This document shows positions 1 to 18,412 of a stretch of 64,000 nucleotides of DNA, piece after piece. Where the stretch lies: NCBI RefSeq assembly GCF_009914755.1, contig NC_060945.1; one strand, 5' to 3'. A program made the position numbers and the translations under genes. A model generated the notes under the pieces. The model saw only the letters and a program-made list of their open reading frames with translations, ran no database searches and had not been told where the DNA came from. Origin of the DNA: the human T2T-CHM13v2.0 reference genome, Homo sapiens. Numbering within the stretch: the stretch's first letter is position 1; each line of letters starts with the position of its first letter.

Positions 1-975
<975 letters not shown>

Positions 976-976
976 C

Positions 977-1190
977 CAGTTGAGTGTCCCTTATTTGAAA
1001 TGCTTGGGATGTGTTTCAGATTTTGTAATATTTGGATTATTCTTACTGGTTGAGGATCTCAAATTCAAACACCTGAGTCTGAGATGCTCCAATAAGCATT
1101 TCCTTTGCTTGTCATGTTGGCACTCAAAAAGTTTCAGACTTTGGAGCATTTGGGATTTCAGATTTTTGGATCAGAGACATTCAACCTATA
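977..1190. mobile_element. Tigger4/MER46-like TcMar DNA transposon MITE
   Basis: Degenerate terminal inverted repeats CAGTTGAGTGTCCCTTAT... and ...ATCAGAGACATTCAACCT; internal TTGGAGCATTTGGGATTTCAGATTTT matches the recalled Tigger4a/b consensus. Confidence 0.7.
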
Positions 1191-1776
1191 GTTGCTCATC
1201 ATGTATCTCATAAGAAGTGAACATTCAGAATACGTAAAGAACTCCTACAGAGAGACTACCAGAAGCAGAGAGGAGCAAACACATTTTCACACTAGGGAAC
1301 CTCCTATCTCTCCTGGATTCCAATTAGGGCAGAGTAAGTGCTAGTTCTCTGCCAACCCAGGATTAGGTCCTGCAGCTGCAGTGAAAATAATCACAGAAGA
1401 AAACTAAGAAATAAAAAATGGAGAAAGTGAGACATCAAACTAGAATTACTAGAAACCCCCAGGAAGAAGGAAAAAAAATCCAAGAAAACAGAAAAACAAT
1501 CAAACCAGTTAATTAAACCTTGGTGTGACCAGAAGATCAGGGTTTCCTAAAGGAGTGGAAATTTATTGACTTGAAGAGGATTTATTGATTACTGATTTGA
1601 AGAGGAAGAAAACCATGAATGGTCTAAAGCAAAAGCCTAGTGTCTGAAGAAGTCAGTAGGGTGAAAACAAGAGCTGGCCAGAATGTCCACAGATGGTGAC
1701 AAGTTTGCAAAGCCTTTACTGGACTACTTGTGAAGCTAACTAGAGGCCAAGGAGCCAACACTGACCCTGTCCTTAC

Positions 1777-2085
1777 AGAGAGACCCTACACAGGATTCCC
1801 AGATATACATGGAAGGACAACATCTTATCAGGTCCTCTCTGTGCAGATGTGGTTATCATTCCAAATAATGAGCTCCAGCCCCAAGACTGTTCCATCCTCA
1901 ATTGCTTTGAGTGGGCAATGTAGGCTCTCCACAGACGAGCTACATGTAGGTTCTTTGGGTACCCAGATGGGAGCCGTGAAACATAAACCCTCCATGGTCA
2001 GGTCAGTATCTGTTTCCTGCCTTTTTCCCAGCAATCTCCAGGCCTCAGCAGCAGTGGTCTACCTCTGCTGATTCTCATTCAGAAT
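1777..2085 (-). other. Candidate downstream exon of the minus-strand ZNF717-like transcript
   Basis: Minus strand: branch point CTAAT and TGTTTCTAAGTTTAG acceptor before 2085, TCT|GTAAGG donor after 1777. No repeat recognised here. Splice-site prediction only. Confidence 0.4.
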
Positions 2086-2279
2086 CTAAACTTAGAAACA
2101 ATTAGAACCTAGACCCCAATTCTACCTGAAAGTAACAGAATAACATAATCTATACCCTGCAGCATGACTGTTTGCCCAACGTAATGAGGATGAACTGAGA
2201 GATAATGAATGATCATGACCCTGGCCCAAGTAACAAGAAGGAACTGTGAGATAAATGAATGATCATGACCAAAAAACCC

Positions 2280-3388
<1,109 letters not shown>

Positions 3389-3496
3389 ATAAAAAAATTT
3401 CAAAAAGCCAAAAGATTAATCAAACTGGAATATTTAGAAACATTTAACCCAAAAGAAGATAGGAAAGAATATATAGAAGATCAAAAGACAGAAGAA

Positions 3497-3795
3497 GGCC
3501 AGGCATGGTGGCTCATGCCTGTAATCTGAACACTTTGGGAGGCCAAGGTGGGTAGATTGCTTGAGCTCAGGAGTTCAAGACCAGCCTGTGCAACATGGCA
3601 AAACCCTATCTCTACAAAAAATATAAAAATTAGCCAGGTGTGTTTCCATGCACCTGTAGTCCCAGCTACTCAGGGGGCTCAAGTGAGGATTGGTTGGGCC
3701 TGGGAGGCAGAGGTTGCAGTGAGCCAAGATTGCACCATTGCACTACAGTCTGGGTGACAGAGCAAGACCCTGTCTTAAAAAAAATAAACAAACAA
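3497..3795 (+). mobile_element. AluJ-type SINE
   Basis: GGCCAGGCATGGTGGCTCATGCCTGTAAT...TTGCTTGAGCTCAGGAGTTCAAGACCAGCCTG...GACAGAGCAAGACCCTGTCT and an A-tail. Confidence 0.9.
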
Positions 3796-3799
3796 ATAG

Positions 3800-4600
3800 A
3801 AAATAACTAGAAAAATGACAGACCTAAATCCAACCTTAGCAATGATTAGTTACAATGTAACTGGACAAATACTCTACTTAAGACAGAGACTGCCAGACCT
3901 GAGAGGAAGGCAAGACCCAACAATATGGCATCCACAGAGACACAATTTAAACACAAAGACACAAAGTATGAGAAAAATATGCTATGCAGACACTAAACAT
4001 AAAAATATGCTATCCAGACACTAATCATAAAAAGCTTCAACAGAGATGTTAACACTAGATGAAAGAGGCTTCAGAACAAAATATATCACCAGAAATAAAC
4101 AGGGTAATTTAATAAAAATAAAAGAATCAGAGAGGATGATGTTACAATTATAAATTGTGCCTCAAAGTGCACACAAACTACACACACACACACAGAGCCT
4201 CAAAGTATGTGAATCAAAAACAACAGAACAAAAGCAGGAAATTGACAATCCAAAATTATAGCTAGTGAATTAATACTGCTCTCTCAGTAACTGATGGAAC
4301 AACCAGATGAAAATATAGGAAAATACGGATCTAAATGACAAAATCCTGACCCAAATGGTACTTGGCAGTGCCAAGATAGACTGTATGTCAATCGATTGAG
4401 AAAAGGTTCAAGCCTGAAATAGTATACAAAGTATGTTGTCTGAACACTTGAAATTAAATTAGAAACCAACAACAAATTGATATCCAGAAAAGCCTCAAAT
4501 GTCTAAAAACCAAGTAATAAACTTTGAAATACCCTGTGAGTCAAAGAAGTATTCACAAGGGGAACTGGAATGTATTTGGAATAAACTTGTAATAAAAATC
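3800..4600 (+). mobile_element. Ancient L1 ORF2 endonuclease-region fragment
   Basis: MTDLNPTLAMISYNVTG resembles the ORF2 start MTGSNSHITILTLNVNG; KQDPTI-like motif; A-rich sense strand. Confidence 0.65.
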
Positions 4601-4605
4601 TCATT

Positions 4606-6857
4606 TCTGGTAGACTAAAGGTGACAAATTCTTTCCTGCCTCTCTCTCTGTGAGAACCAATTCCCCTTAAACCTTGACCAGACTAGTGACTTATTTAGCC
4701 AACAGAAGGTGACAAAGGTGGTATTTGGGGACTTCAGAAGCCAGGCTGAGAAAACAGAACACTTATCCAGGAGAAAGCCAGTCACTAGGCAGGAAATCCC
4801 ACTCCCCTGAGACCTCATGATGGAAACCACAAGGCCAGTCCATGACTAGCTACACGCATTGACATACCCCACTGAGCCTGCAGCAACACCAACTCCCAAC
4901 AACTAGTGAGCCTTCAGCAACATCCACTCCCAACCACTAGTGAGCCACCCTGCACACCACCCCACTGTGCTTTCACACAATCCAACTTGGCTGCAACTGT
5001 GTGTGATGAGCTGGCCACCAAGACTCTCTAAGCCAAAAAACAAGTAATAATGAGTTGTTTTACTTCAGAATAGATAACTGGAACAGAATATGGCAGCTGG
5101 AAATGAGCTGCTCTGGTAATCAGAAGCTACAATATGTGACACGACTGTGAGGCTGACCTGTAACTGGGCCTCAAGGAGACCATTCATGCAACCAGGAAGG
5201 GCATTAAGACTCTTGGTCAGAGCCTGAAGGACGGTGAGAAAATATCATTGGAAACTGGAGAAAAGGCCTGAGAGTTACGTGCTGAGGGACTGTGGGAAAA
5301 CTACGGCCACAACATGGAAACTGAAAGGACACTGCACCATCTCAGGGATCTGCCTAAGGAGACATCTGGGAAGAACATGGAAAGTGCTACCAGCCTCCCC
5401 TAACTGTCACTGAATAAATATGACAGGAGAGGGACATGATCTAAAGAAGAAGGTTCAGTTTTCAAACAGAATTTAGAGAAAATATAAAGAAATAATTTCT
5501 TATCTCAAAAGGCCAAAGTAAAAAAAAAGAAAAGAAAAGAAAAGGAAAAAAAATGAAAAAGAAGCCATTGAATACCCTATTGACCCTAAGAAAAAGGCAG
5601 GGAAAGTTGGTCAACGGCAACCCAGGCACCGAAGGAAAAAGAACATGGAGAATGACAAAAGCCCGGAGGGAGGAGTAAAAGGACACAAACACCATTCTCA
5701 GGGACCGGGACTGGGTGCCGTTCTCAGGGACCAGGACTGGGCACTAATCACAGAACTGTAACAGGCCCCCCATGGGAATGACCAACTCTTAGACTAGGCC
5801 TGCAGGGCAGCACTTCCCTCTTGCCTCCCACCAAAGCTTCTAAAGGGAAATGTCGACTGTTTTCACAGCAGTCCCCTCACTGTGGCTGAGTTTGTGGGCT
5901 CAGATGATAGCTCACAACAACCTGATTCAGTCCCCACTGTGGCTGTGTGTGGGGGGTCAGTGACAGGCCACCACAACTTGATTCTGTCCCCACTGTGGCT
6001 GTGTGTGGGGGGTCAGATGACAGGCCACCACAACTTGATTCAGTCCCCACTGTGGCTGTGTGTGGGGGGCAGATGACAGGCCACCAAAACCTGATTCAGT
6101 CCCCACTGTGGCTGTGTGTGGGGGGTCAGATGACAGGCCACCACAACTTGATTCATTCCCCACTGTGGCTGTGTGTGGGGGGGCAGATGACAGGCCACCA
6201 CAACCTGATTCAGTCCTCACTGCGGCTGAGTGTGTGTGGGTGCAGGTGACAGGCCACCACAACCTGATTCAGGATTCAGTTGGGCTACTAGCCAGTGCCA
6301 TAAGGAAAACCATTCTGGGGCTCTTGAGAGGGGCAAAGCATAATTTGCATGTGGGAGAAACGTTAATAGTTTGTGGCCAGAAGACACGCTGTGGTTTATT
6401 AAAGACTGCTGCAGGCTCCTACTGTGATTCTCATCAAGAGGTGGAATCTAATCACCTTCCCCCCTTGAATCATGGCTGGTCTCAGTGATGAGTATGACTG
6501 GACAGTGTGGCAGGAGAGATGCTCTGGGACTTCTGAGGGGCGATCATGAGAGGCCTTACAGCTTCTGCCTGGGCCTCTTGGACACACACCCTGGGAGAAG
6601 CCAGACAAACCTGACTACCTGACGCTGCCAGACTGGGAGGAAGTCCGTGCTGGCCACGAAGAGAGGGCTTGGTGCCTGCTCCATGTCCCCAGCCACTAGA
6701 GTCCTTCCAGATGAGACCAGGGACATCATGAAGCAACCAACCAACACCGCCCTGTCCAGTGTCTTGACCCAGAAAATTGTGACATGTAAAAAGAATAAAT
6801 TCCTGGTTTAAGCCAGTAAGGTTACGGGTACATTGTTACATCTCAGATAATTAAAAC
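4606..6857 (+). mobile_element. MLT1 (F/G-like) ERVL-MaLR element: 5' LTR ~4606-5084, internal region, 3' LTR ~6390-6857
   Basis: Both ends show MLT1 LTR starts (TGGTAGACTAAAGGTGACAAATTCTTT; TGTGGTTTATTAAAG...AGAGGTGGAATCTAAT...CCCCTTGAATC) and MLT1 LTR ends (AGATAACTGGAACA; TTTAAGCCAGTAAGGTT...AGATAA). Internal TGGAAACTGGAGAAAAGG is typical of MaLR-int. Confidence 0.65.
5869..6272. repeat. 56-57 bp GC-rich minisatellite, ~7 copies
   Basis: Unit YTGATTCAGTCCCCACTGTGGCTGTGTGTGGGGGGTCAGATGACAGGCCACCACAAC recurs at 5922, 5978, 6035, 6091, 6148, 6205 and 6264. Confidence 0.95.
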
Positions 6858-7582
6858 CTTGAAAAACTCATGAGAGATCACAAGTAGAACCTTGATCTGA
6901 AACATGGCATGTGGCGATTTATATTGAGTATTAGGTTAAAAATGCAAGAATGGAGCATAGTTAATATTTTACATTAAAGCTAAAACCATAATTGCCTACT
7001 TAAAATTTTCAGTTAATTAGGTTGTCACTTTTTGTTCTTAACCAAGTAATCAACTAGTTTTAGTCCATAAACAGTTAGAACTGATGCACACATCCGTTTC
7101 TCCTTATTCATTTTAAACAGCTATCTGAAATAGGAAGTGTAATATAATCTTTAAAGAATCTGAAAACATGACAGAAATGTTTAAACTATAAACATATATT
7201 ATGTATGTTAGCATATTGTATACATTGCATATTAACATAAGCTAGAATCATTGACATAAATTTATATAAACAAAAGGTGTAAAATATGACAATGTTCTTC
7301 TTGATTTTTGTCTTTGCATATTTCTTTATTGGCATTTGTCAAATGTGACCCACTAACTCCTGAATGCTTTCTCTCTCCCCATTGATTCCTAAGGATGTCA
7401 CCACAGTGTTGGCCAGATGCACAGGTCACAGGGGACTGAATCTCATCACCCCACAAACATACCATTCAGGTTTTGCCAAGAATGACACTGTAAATGTAAC
7501 AAAGCTTCCGTGCTTGTTAGTGAACACCAACTCAGCTCCTCTCCTGTATTCAGAAATCAGGACGAGATGAAAACAACAAGCA

Positions 7583-7888
7583 GGCCAGGCACGGTGGCTC
7601 ACGCCTGTAATCCCAGCACTTTGGGAGGACGAAGCATGTGGATCACCTGAGGTCGGGAGTTCGAGACCACGCTGATCAAAACAGAGAAACCCCATCTCTA
7701 CTAAACATACAAAATTAGCCGGGCATGGTGGCAAATGCCTGTAATACCAGCTACTCAGGAGCTGAGACAGGAGAATTGCTTGAACCCAGGAGGTGGAGGC
7801 TGCAGTGAGCCGAGATCACACCACTGCGCTCTAGCCTGGAAAACAAGAGTGAAACTCTGTCTCAAAAGAAAAAAAATTAAAAATAAAA
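7583..7888 (+). mobile_element. AluS-type SINE
   Basis: GGCCAGGCACGGTGGCTCACGCCTGTAATCCCAGCACTTTGGGAGG...GATCACCTGAGGTCGGGAGTTCGAGACC; imperfect TSD AAAACAACAAGCA / AAAAGAACAAGGA. Confidence 0.93.
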
Positions 7889-8766
7889 GAACAAGGAAAC
7901 AAAAGTAACAAGGCTTGACACCAGATGAGCCTGAATCTAAGCAAGAAAAGCCCAGAAGAAATCCCATTTTGGGTCACTGGCTGCATGGTAGTAATACCAT
8001 ACACATAAGGGAAGAGAGGAGGATGTGGCTTTCACTTTGAATTTTTTGAGCTTAAGGTAACTTTTGCGTAGCTACAAAGAAGCATTCAACAGAGAGTTAA
8101 ACCTATGATGGAAAGACTGAAGGGGTCCAAGCTGTAGAGAAACAGGACTGCAAACCACAAAGGGCTGAATCAGTCAAGGAGAACTGCAGGGCGGGATGAA
8201 CAGGAACTAATGGAACATTTGGATAAGCTGTTGAGAAGAAAGGAGAATTCAGAGAAAAAGAACTGTCAGTGAGGTCATAATAGGAACTGTTACAGTGAAC
8301 TAAATATGGCCTGGGAAGGACTCTGTACTTCTAGATTTGAGTCCCTGTGGACAAACTGCAACCTAACTTAATAGGTAGGAAGACTGAAAACCTAACTTAG
8401 GAGTATGCACCTGTAACCATAACTGAGTCCTGGCCAATCCCAACAGCCAAACTTCTGCCACTCACACACTGCTGAGTGTTCAGCTGTGTTCAGATAAGGC
8501 AAATGCTGAGCACTGGAACCAGTCCAGTTGTTTCTGGACCTCACTGCTGAGAACGGTAAGGGACCCAGTTGCTTCTGGACCTCACTCCTCACTTCAGATT
8601 TCTGTACATCATGTTCCCTTTATTGTCTATAAATCTTCCACCATGTAGCTGTGCTGGAGTCTCACCAAATCTGCTGTGATTCTGGGGACTGCCTGATTCG
8701 TGAATCATTCATTTCTCAATTAAGTTCCTTTAAATTTAATTAAGCTGAAGATTTTCTTTTAATAGA

Positions 8767-8784
8767 TGGTGTCAGAAGTGGGAT
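8767..8784 (+). promoter_or_regulatory. Primer-binding site complementary to the 3' end of tRNA-Leu
   Basis: TGGTGTCAGAAGTGGGAT is the reverse complement of ATCCCACTTCTGACACCA, the recalled 3' 18 nt of human tRNA-Leu(CAG/CAA); it starts 2 nt after the 5' LTR end. Confidence 0.88.
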
Positions 8785-8904
8785 CTGTGGGAGCAGGACT
8801 GCTAGGGCCTCCGGAGCTATAGTGTGGTGAGCAGCGTTGCTAGGGCTTCTAATGACCCCCAGGAGTGCTGAGGTACAAGAAAGGCACCTGCAAGGACTGC
8901 TCTG

Positions 8905-10166
8905 TGATGGCAGCAGTGGTCCACGTGGAGCAGTTGCTACGGAGACACTGGCTGAGGTGGGGAGGAGTGGCTGGGGCTGTGCGCTCCTCGAAGCTGGTGG
9001 GAGCCAGGAACGGGTGGGAGCCCCACCCCTTCTAAATTGGCAGGCAGGAGCCCCGCCCTCCCTGGCACAGATGCAGCCATCCAGCCATGACTGCAAACCC
9101 GGGCATCTTTGCACTCTCAGAGGCCCAGCAAGCCCCCCTGTCCCCGCAGGCTCAGTCGTGCCTGGTCCCACCACCTGGCATCTTTCCACTCCCAGAGCCC
9201 ACTCCAACTTCGGATCCAAGTTGAGGCTGAACCCAGGCACAGTCGCAACCCGGCCCGGTTTGTGCAAGCTCAGGGCAGTGCTGACATGCCAGCCCCCTGC
9301 CACCTCGGCCCCCTCCAGACTTTGGGCAGTGACGAGCACAAGAGGGAGGTTGAGGTGGGGCTAAGAGTGGCTCAGCACTGGTCTGAAGGCACTCCTCAGC
9401 TCGAACAGCCTCGACAATGTGGGCACAGCTAACCACAGTGCGTCTCTCTCAGCTGCTGAGAGCTGAACAGACGTTGGGATGACCTGCCTGCAGAAAGGAG
9501 TTACCCACTGCAGTTCTCCTCTGAGCTGTACTGTTGCTCAATAAAGCACCTCTTCACCTTGCTCACCTTCTACTTGCCCACATACCTCATTCTTCCTGGA
9601 CTCAGGTCAAGAACTCGGGACCTGCAAACTAGCAGGGCTGAAAGAGATGTAACATAAACAGGGCTGAAACGCCCCCCTTGCTTGCCAAATTGCAGGCAAG
9701 AAGAAGAGAAGAGAGAAGGAGACAAGAGCTGTGGCCCTTCAGGAAGTCCAGACCTAGGAGCTCCCCAATCCAGGGCTGTGATGCCTTCTTTGGGGCTCTG
9801 CAGTTCCTGCATCTCCAAGTTTCTGGGCGCCACTGCATTCCCTGATACACACAGTGGAAGCTGTTTGCAGTCGGTCTGGTCCAGCTGCAGCCTCACAGGG
9901 AGCTGGCACCTGTGCCGGTACCTGGAGCTGCCCACCTCACTGCAGCTGGCATGCTTGGCTGTGTGCAGTGGCCAGATCCCATGCTTGCTTGCTCACACAC
10001 CCTTCACTGCTCTGTACCCAGTTCACCCTTGGCAGGTGTGGGATCCACACCACTAGCATGAGCCGAGTGGACGGAACGAACCCAGTGGGCCCGAGCAAAA
10101 CACAGGTAAAGGCACCACCAGCCAGAGGTTTCAGGCAGAAAAGTGACGTCTCAGGATTCTGTAACA
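8905..10166 (+). mobile_element. MER52-type long GC-rich solo LTR nested in the provirus
   Basis: Starts TGATGGCAGCAGTGGTCC; contains GCAGGAGCCCCGCCCTCCC and CTGTTGCTCAATAAAGCACCTCTTC; ends GGATTCTGTAACA. The GC-rich ORFs here are spurious. Confidence 0.75.
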
Positions 10167-11106
10167 CTTGTGCCCTTTGACCTCTCAGAGCAGCTGGGGA
10201 TCATGGTAAATTCTCTCTCGGATTTCAGAGCTCCATGGATTTGTGTTTTGAGCTCTGAGTTTCTTTGAGCAAATTTCTGTTCCAAACTGCTATCCAGCCA
10301 TGACTGACTGGATGTTTTAGAAGTTATGACAGAAACGGGACCGGGTCCAGGATCAGATTTGATACAGTAGTTAACTGGCTTGAATCCAGTTCCAGTTAGA
10401 GACCTCCTACATCTGAATGGGTCAGAAGGAAAGAGGTAGTAAATGATAATTTTGGAGGGTTGTAAAATTTGGCTTTTGAAAATTCACAGGGATTTTTGTG
10501 TTCTACCCCTTTGTTTCATTTTCCTCGCACACTTAGGTAGGAAAAAAAAATCATTGGCTAAGTCAATCAAGGGAACCTGGGAGTAAAGCCAATATATTAG
10601 GTAAAAATAGGATCCTTAATTTCTGGAAAACTTAGTTCCTTCTGGCTAATTCATTAGGCCTGGGAAGCAGCAAAGTCTTACAGAAATGGCAAAATCTTAC
10701 TAAAGATAACTTACAGTGGAACATTCCAAATAAATAATGCCCTGAAGTGCATTTAAAAATGAGGGTTCCCAAATTAGTCTCATCTAGGGATGCATATTAA
10801 TATGCAGAAGCTTCTAAAAAGATTTAGAGGTGGCACGGCCTATCTGGGAGCAAGTTTGGGTCTTACCAGTTTGACACTGGGTGCTAAGCAAAGTGGCTCG
10901 TATCTATGTTTTGTCACATGTATTTTGCTCTGAGCAGAATGAAAAATGTTAATTTGGTTACTCCAAGCAACCCCTTGGGCAGCATGTTGCAAAGCTGAGT
11001 GGATTCTTCCTGTGGCTCCATGATTTCCATTGTGATGCAGCTTGGCCCCAGAGCTATAATATGGAGAGGAGGGTGACAGAGCAAGAGGTTATCTTTAAAA
11101 AAAAAT

Positions 11107-11402
11107 GGCCAGGGGCAGTGGCTCACGCCTGTAATCCCAACACTTGGGGAGGCCGAGGCAGGTGGATCACCTGAGGTCAGGAGTTCAGGGCCAGCCTGAC
11201 CAAAAAGGAAAAACCCCGTCTCTACTAAAAACACAAAATTAGCTGGGCATGGTGGGGCATGCCTCTAATCCCAGCTACTCAGGAGGCTAGGGCGGGAGAA
11301 TTGCTTGAACCTGGGAGGCAGGGGGTTGCAGTAAACAGAGATCGCATCATTGCACTCCAGCCTGGGCAACAAGAGGGAAAATCCACCTCCAAAAAAGAAA
11401 AG
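11107..11402 (+). mobile_element. AluS-type SINE
   Basis: GGCCAGGGGCAGTGGCTCACGCCTGTAATCCC...GGATCACCTGAGGTCAGGAGTTC...GCACTCCAGCCTGGGCAACAAGAG. Confidence 0.92.
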
Positions 11403-11720
11403 AATAATAGATTGGCCTATAAGGTTTTATGAAAAAGTGGGTGACATTTGGCTTTCTCTCTTTAAAGAAGATTTTCAGAAAATATTAAAAAATAATGGGA
11501 GGAGGAGCCAAGATGGCCGAATAGGAACAGCTCGAGTCTACAGCTCCCAGCATGAATGACGCAGAAGACCGGTGATTTCTGCATTTCCATTTGAGGTACT
11601 GGGTTCATCTCACTAGGGAGTGCCAGACAGTGGGCACAGGACAGTGGGTGAAGTGCACTGTGCACTAGCTGAAGCAGGGCGAGTCATTGCCTCACTCAGG
11701 AAGTGCAAGGGGTCAGGGAG

Positions 11721-11953
11721 TTAGCTCCCTTTCCTGGTCAAGGAAAGGGGTGACAGACGGCACCTGGAAAATCGGGTCACTCCCACCCTAACACTGTGCT
11801 TTTCTGACGGGCTTAGGAAACGGCACACCAGGAGATTATAGCTGGCACCTGGCTCGGAGGGTCCTACGCACACGGAGTCTCGCTGATTGCTAACACAGCA
11901 GTATGAGATCAAACTGCAAGGCAGCAGCAAGGCTGGGGAGGGGCACCGGCTAT
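11721..11953 (-). pseudogene. L1 ORF0 homolog with lost start codon
   Basis: Peptide PCSLISYCCVSNQRDSVCVGPSEPGASYNLLVCRFLSPSEK...GVTRFSRC matches primate L1 ORF0; the ATG position reads ATA (plus strand TAT at 11951-11953). Confidence 0.75.
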
Positions 11954-12536
11954 TGCCCAGGCTCTCTTAGGTAAACAAAGCAGCCAGGAAGCTCGAACTG
12001 AGTGGAGCCCACCACAGCTCAAGGAGGCCGTCCTGCCTCTGCAGGCTCCACCTCTGGGGGCAGGGCACAGACAAACAAAAAGACAGCAGTAACCTCTGCA
12101 GACTTAAATGTCCCTGTCTGACAGCTTTGAGGAGAGCAGTGGTTCTCCCAGCACGCAGCTGGAGATCTGAGAATGGGCAGACTGCCTCCTCAAGTGGGTC
12201 CCTGACCCCTGACCCCCAAGAAGCCTAACGGGGAGGCGCCCCCCAGTAGGGGCAGAATGACACCTCACACGACCAGGTACTCCTCTGAGACAAAACTTCC
12301 AGAGGAACGATAAGACAGCAGCATTCGCGGATCACGAAAATCCACGGTTTTGCAGACACCACTGCTGATAGCCAGGCAAACAGGGTCTGGAATGGGCCTC
12401 TAGCAAACTCCAACAGACCTGAAGCTGAGGGTCATGTCTGTTAGAAGGAAAACTAACAAACAGAAAGGACATCCACACCAAAAACCCATCTGTACATAAC
12501 CATCATCAAAGACCAAAAGTAGATAAAACCACAAAG

Positions 12537-13553
12537 ATGGGGAAAAAACAGAGCAGAAAAACTGGAAACTCTAAAAAGCAGAGCACCTCTCCTCCGCCAA
12601 AGGAACGCTGTTCCTCACCAGCAATGGAACAAAGCTGGACAGAGAATGACTTTGACGAGTTGAGAGAAGAGGGCTTCAGACGATCAAACTACTCTGAGCT
12701 ACAGGAGGAAATTCAAACCAAAGGCAAAGAAGTTGAAAACTTTGAAAAAACTTTAGACGAATGTATAACTAGAATAACCAATATAGAGAAGTGCTTAAAG
12801 GAGCTAATGGAGCTGAAAGCCAAGGCTCGAGAACTATGTGAAGAATGCAGAAGCCTCAGGAGATGATGAGATCAACTGGAAGAAAGTGTATCAGTGATGA
12901 AAGATGAAATGAATGAAATAAAACAAGAAGGGAAGTTTAGAAAAAAAAGAATAAGAAGAAATGAACAAAGCCTCCAAGAAATATGGGACTATGTGAAAAG
13001 ACCAAATCTGCATCTGATTGGTGTACCTGAAAGTGACGGGGAGAATGGAACCAAGTTGGAAAACACTCTGCAGGATATTATCCTGGAGAACTTCCCCAAT
13101 CCAGCAAAGCCAGCCAACATTCAGATTCAGGAAATACAGAGAACGCCACAAAGATACTCCTCGAGAACAGCAACTCCAAGACACATAATTGTGAGATTCA
13201 CCAAAGTTGAAATGAAGGAAAAAATGTTAAGGGCAACCAGAGAGAAAGGTCAGGTTACCCATAAAGGGAAGCCCATCAGAATAACTGCTGATCTCTCGGC
13301 AGAAACTCTACAAGCAAGAAGAGAGTGGGGGCCAATATTCAACATTGTTACAGAAAATAATTTTCAACCCAGAATTTCATATCCAGCCACACTAAGCTTC
13401 ATAAGTGAAAGAGAAATAAAATACTTTACAGACAAGCAAATGCTGAGCGATTTTGTCACCACCAGGCCTGTCCTAAAAGAGCTCCTGAAGGAAGCACTAA
13501 ACAAGGAAAGGCACAATCGGTACCAGCCACTGCAAAAACATGCCAAATTGTAA
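12537..13553 (+). pseudogene. L1 ORF1p, disrupted by in-frame stops at 12864-12869
   Basis: MGKKQSRKTGNSKKQS...RSLRR** continues in frame to ...YQPLQKHAKL*; TGA-TGA replaces consensus CGA-TGC. Confidence 0.95.
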
Positions 13554-13616
13554 AGAACATCAAGACTAGGAAGAAACTGCGTCAATTAACGAGCAAAATA
13601 ACCAGCTAACATCATA

Positions 13617-17430
<3,814 letters not shown>

Positions 17431-18055
17431 GAGAACACATGGACAAAGGAAGGGGAACATCACACTCTGGGGACTGTTGTGGGGTGGGGGGAGGGGGAGA
17501 GGGATATCATTAGGAGATATACCTAATGCTAAATGACGAGTTAATGGGTGCAGCACACCAGACTGGCACATGTATACATATGTAACTAACTGGCACATTG
17601 TGCACATAAACCCTAAAACTTAAAGTATAATAATAATAATAATAATAATAATAAAATAAAATTAAAAAATGAAAAATTTGTTTGCCTTGTAAATAAACTA
17701 CCAAAAAAAAAAGGAAAAACAAGAGGCAGATTATTTGTGGAGATAAGTCTTCCCCCTATCAATGAGTAAAGATTTTTGCCCTTTAAAAATTTTTTAAGTC
17801 ATGATTTTAGGTAAATGAATGACTTACGTTGACGTGGAATTCTATTTCATAACATCAAGTGTTTAAACCTTTAATATATTTAATAGGCTTCCCAAAATCA
17901 AATTGCAACTTCAAAATTTTATGTTCTGACCTCTAACTTTGGGATACTACAGAGGCCCCTGAAGCACCCAAAAGAGAGGTAAACAGGACTATTTAACATG
18001 TTAAGTCACATGGCTAGCACTGTCAAAATAAAAAATAATGTTGAACCTTCTTTAG

Positions 18056-18412
<357 letters not shown>

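Noticed and set aside
2197-2270. Short direct repeat GAGATAATGAATGATCATGACC (similar 26-bp pair at ~5692-5745)
   Set aside because: Small local duplications with no further structure.
5882-6488. Repetitive peptides (DDRPPQLDSVPTVAVCGG)
   Set aside because: Translation of the 56-57 bp VNTR; the frame shifts between units.
8767-8784. Possible tRNA-Leu gene fragment
   Set aside because: Only 18 nt including the CCA complement, directly after an LTR. It is a PBS, not a tRNA gene.
8740-10180. Overlapping 100-200 aa ORFs on both strands
   Set aside because: They lie within the GC-rich MER52 LTR and show no gag/pol/env or cellular protein motifs.
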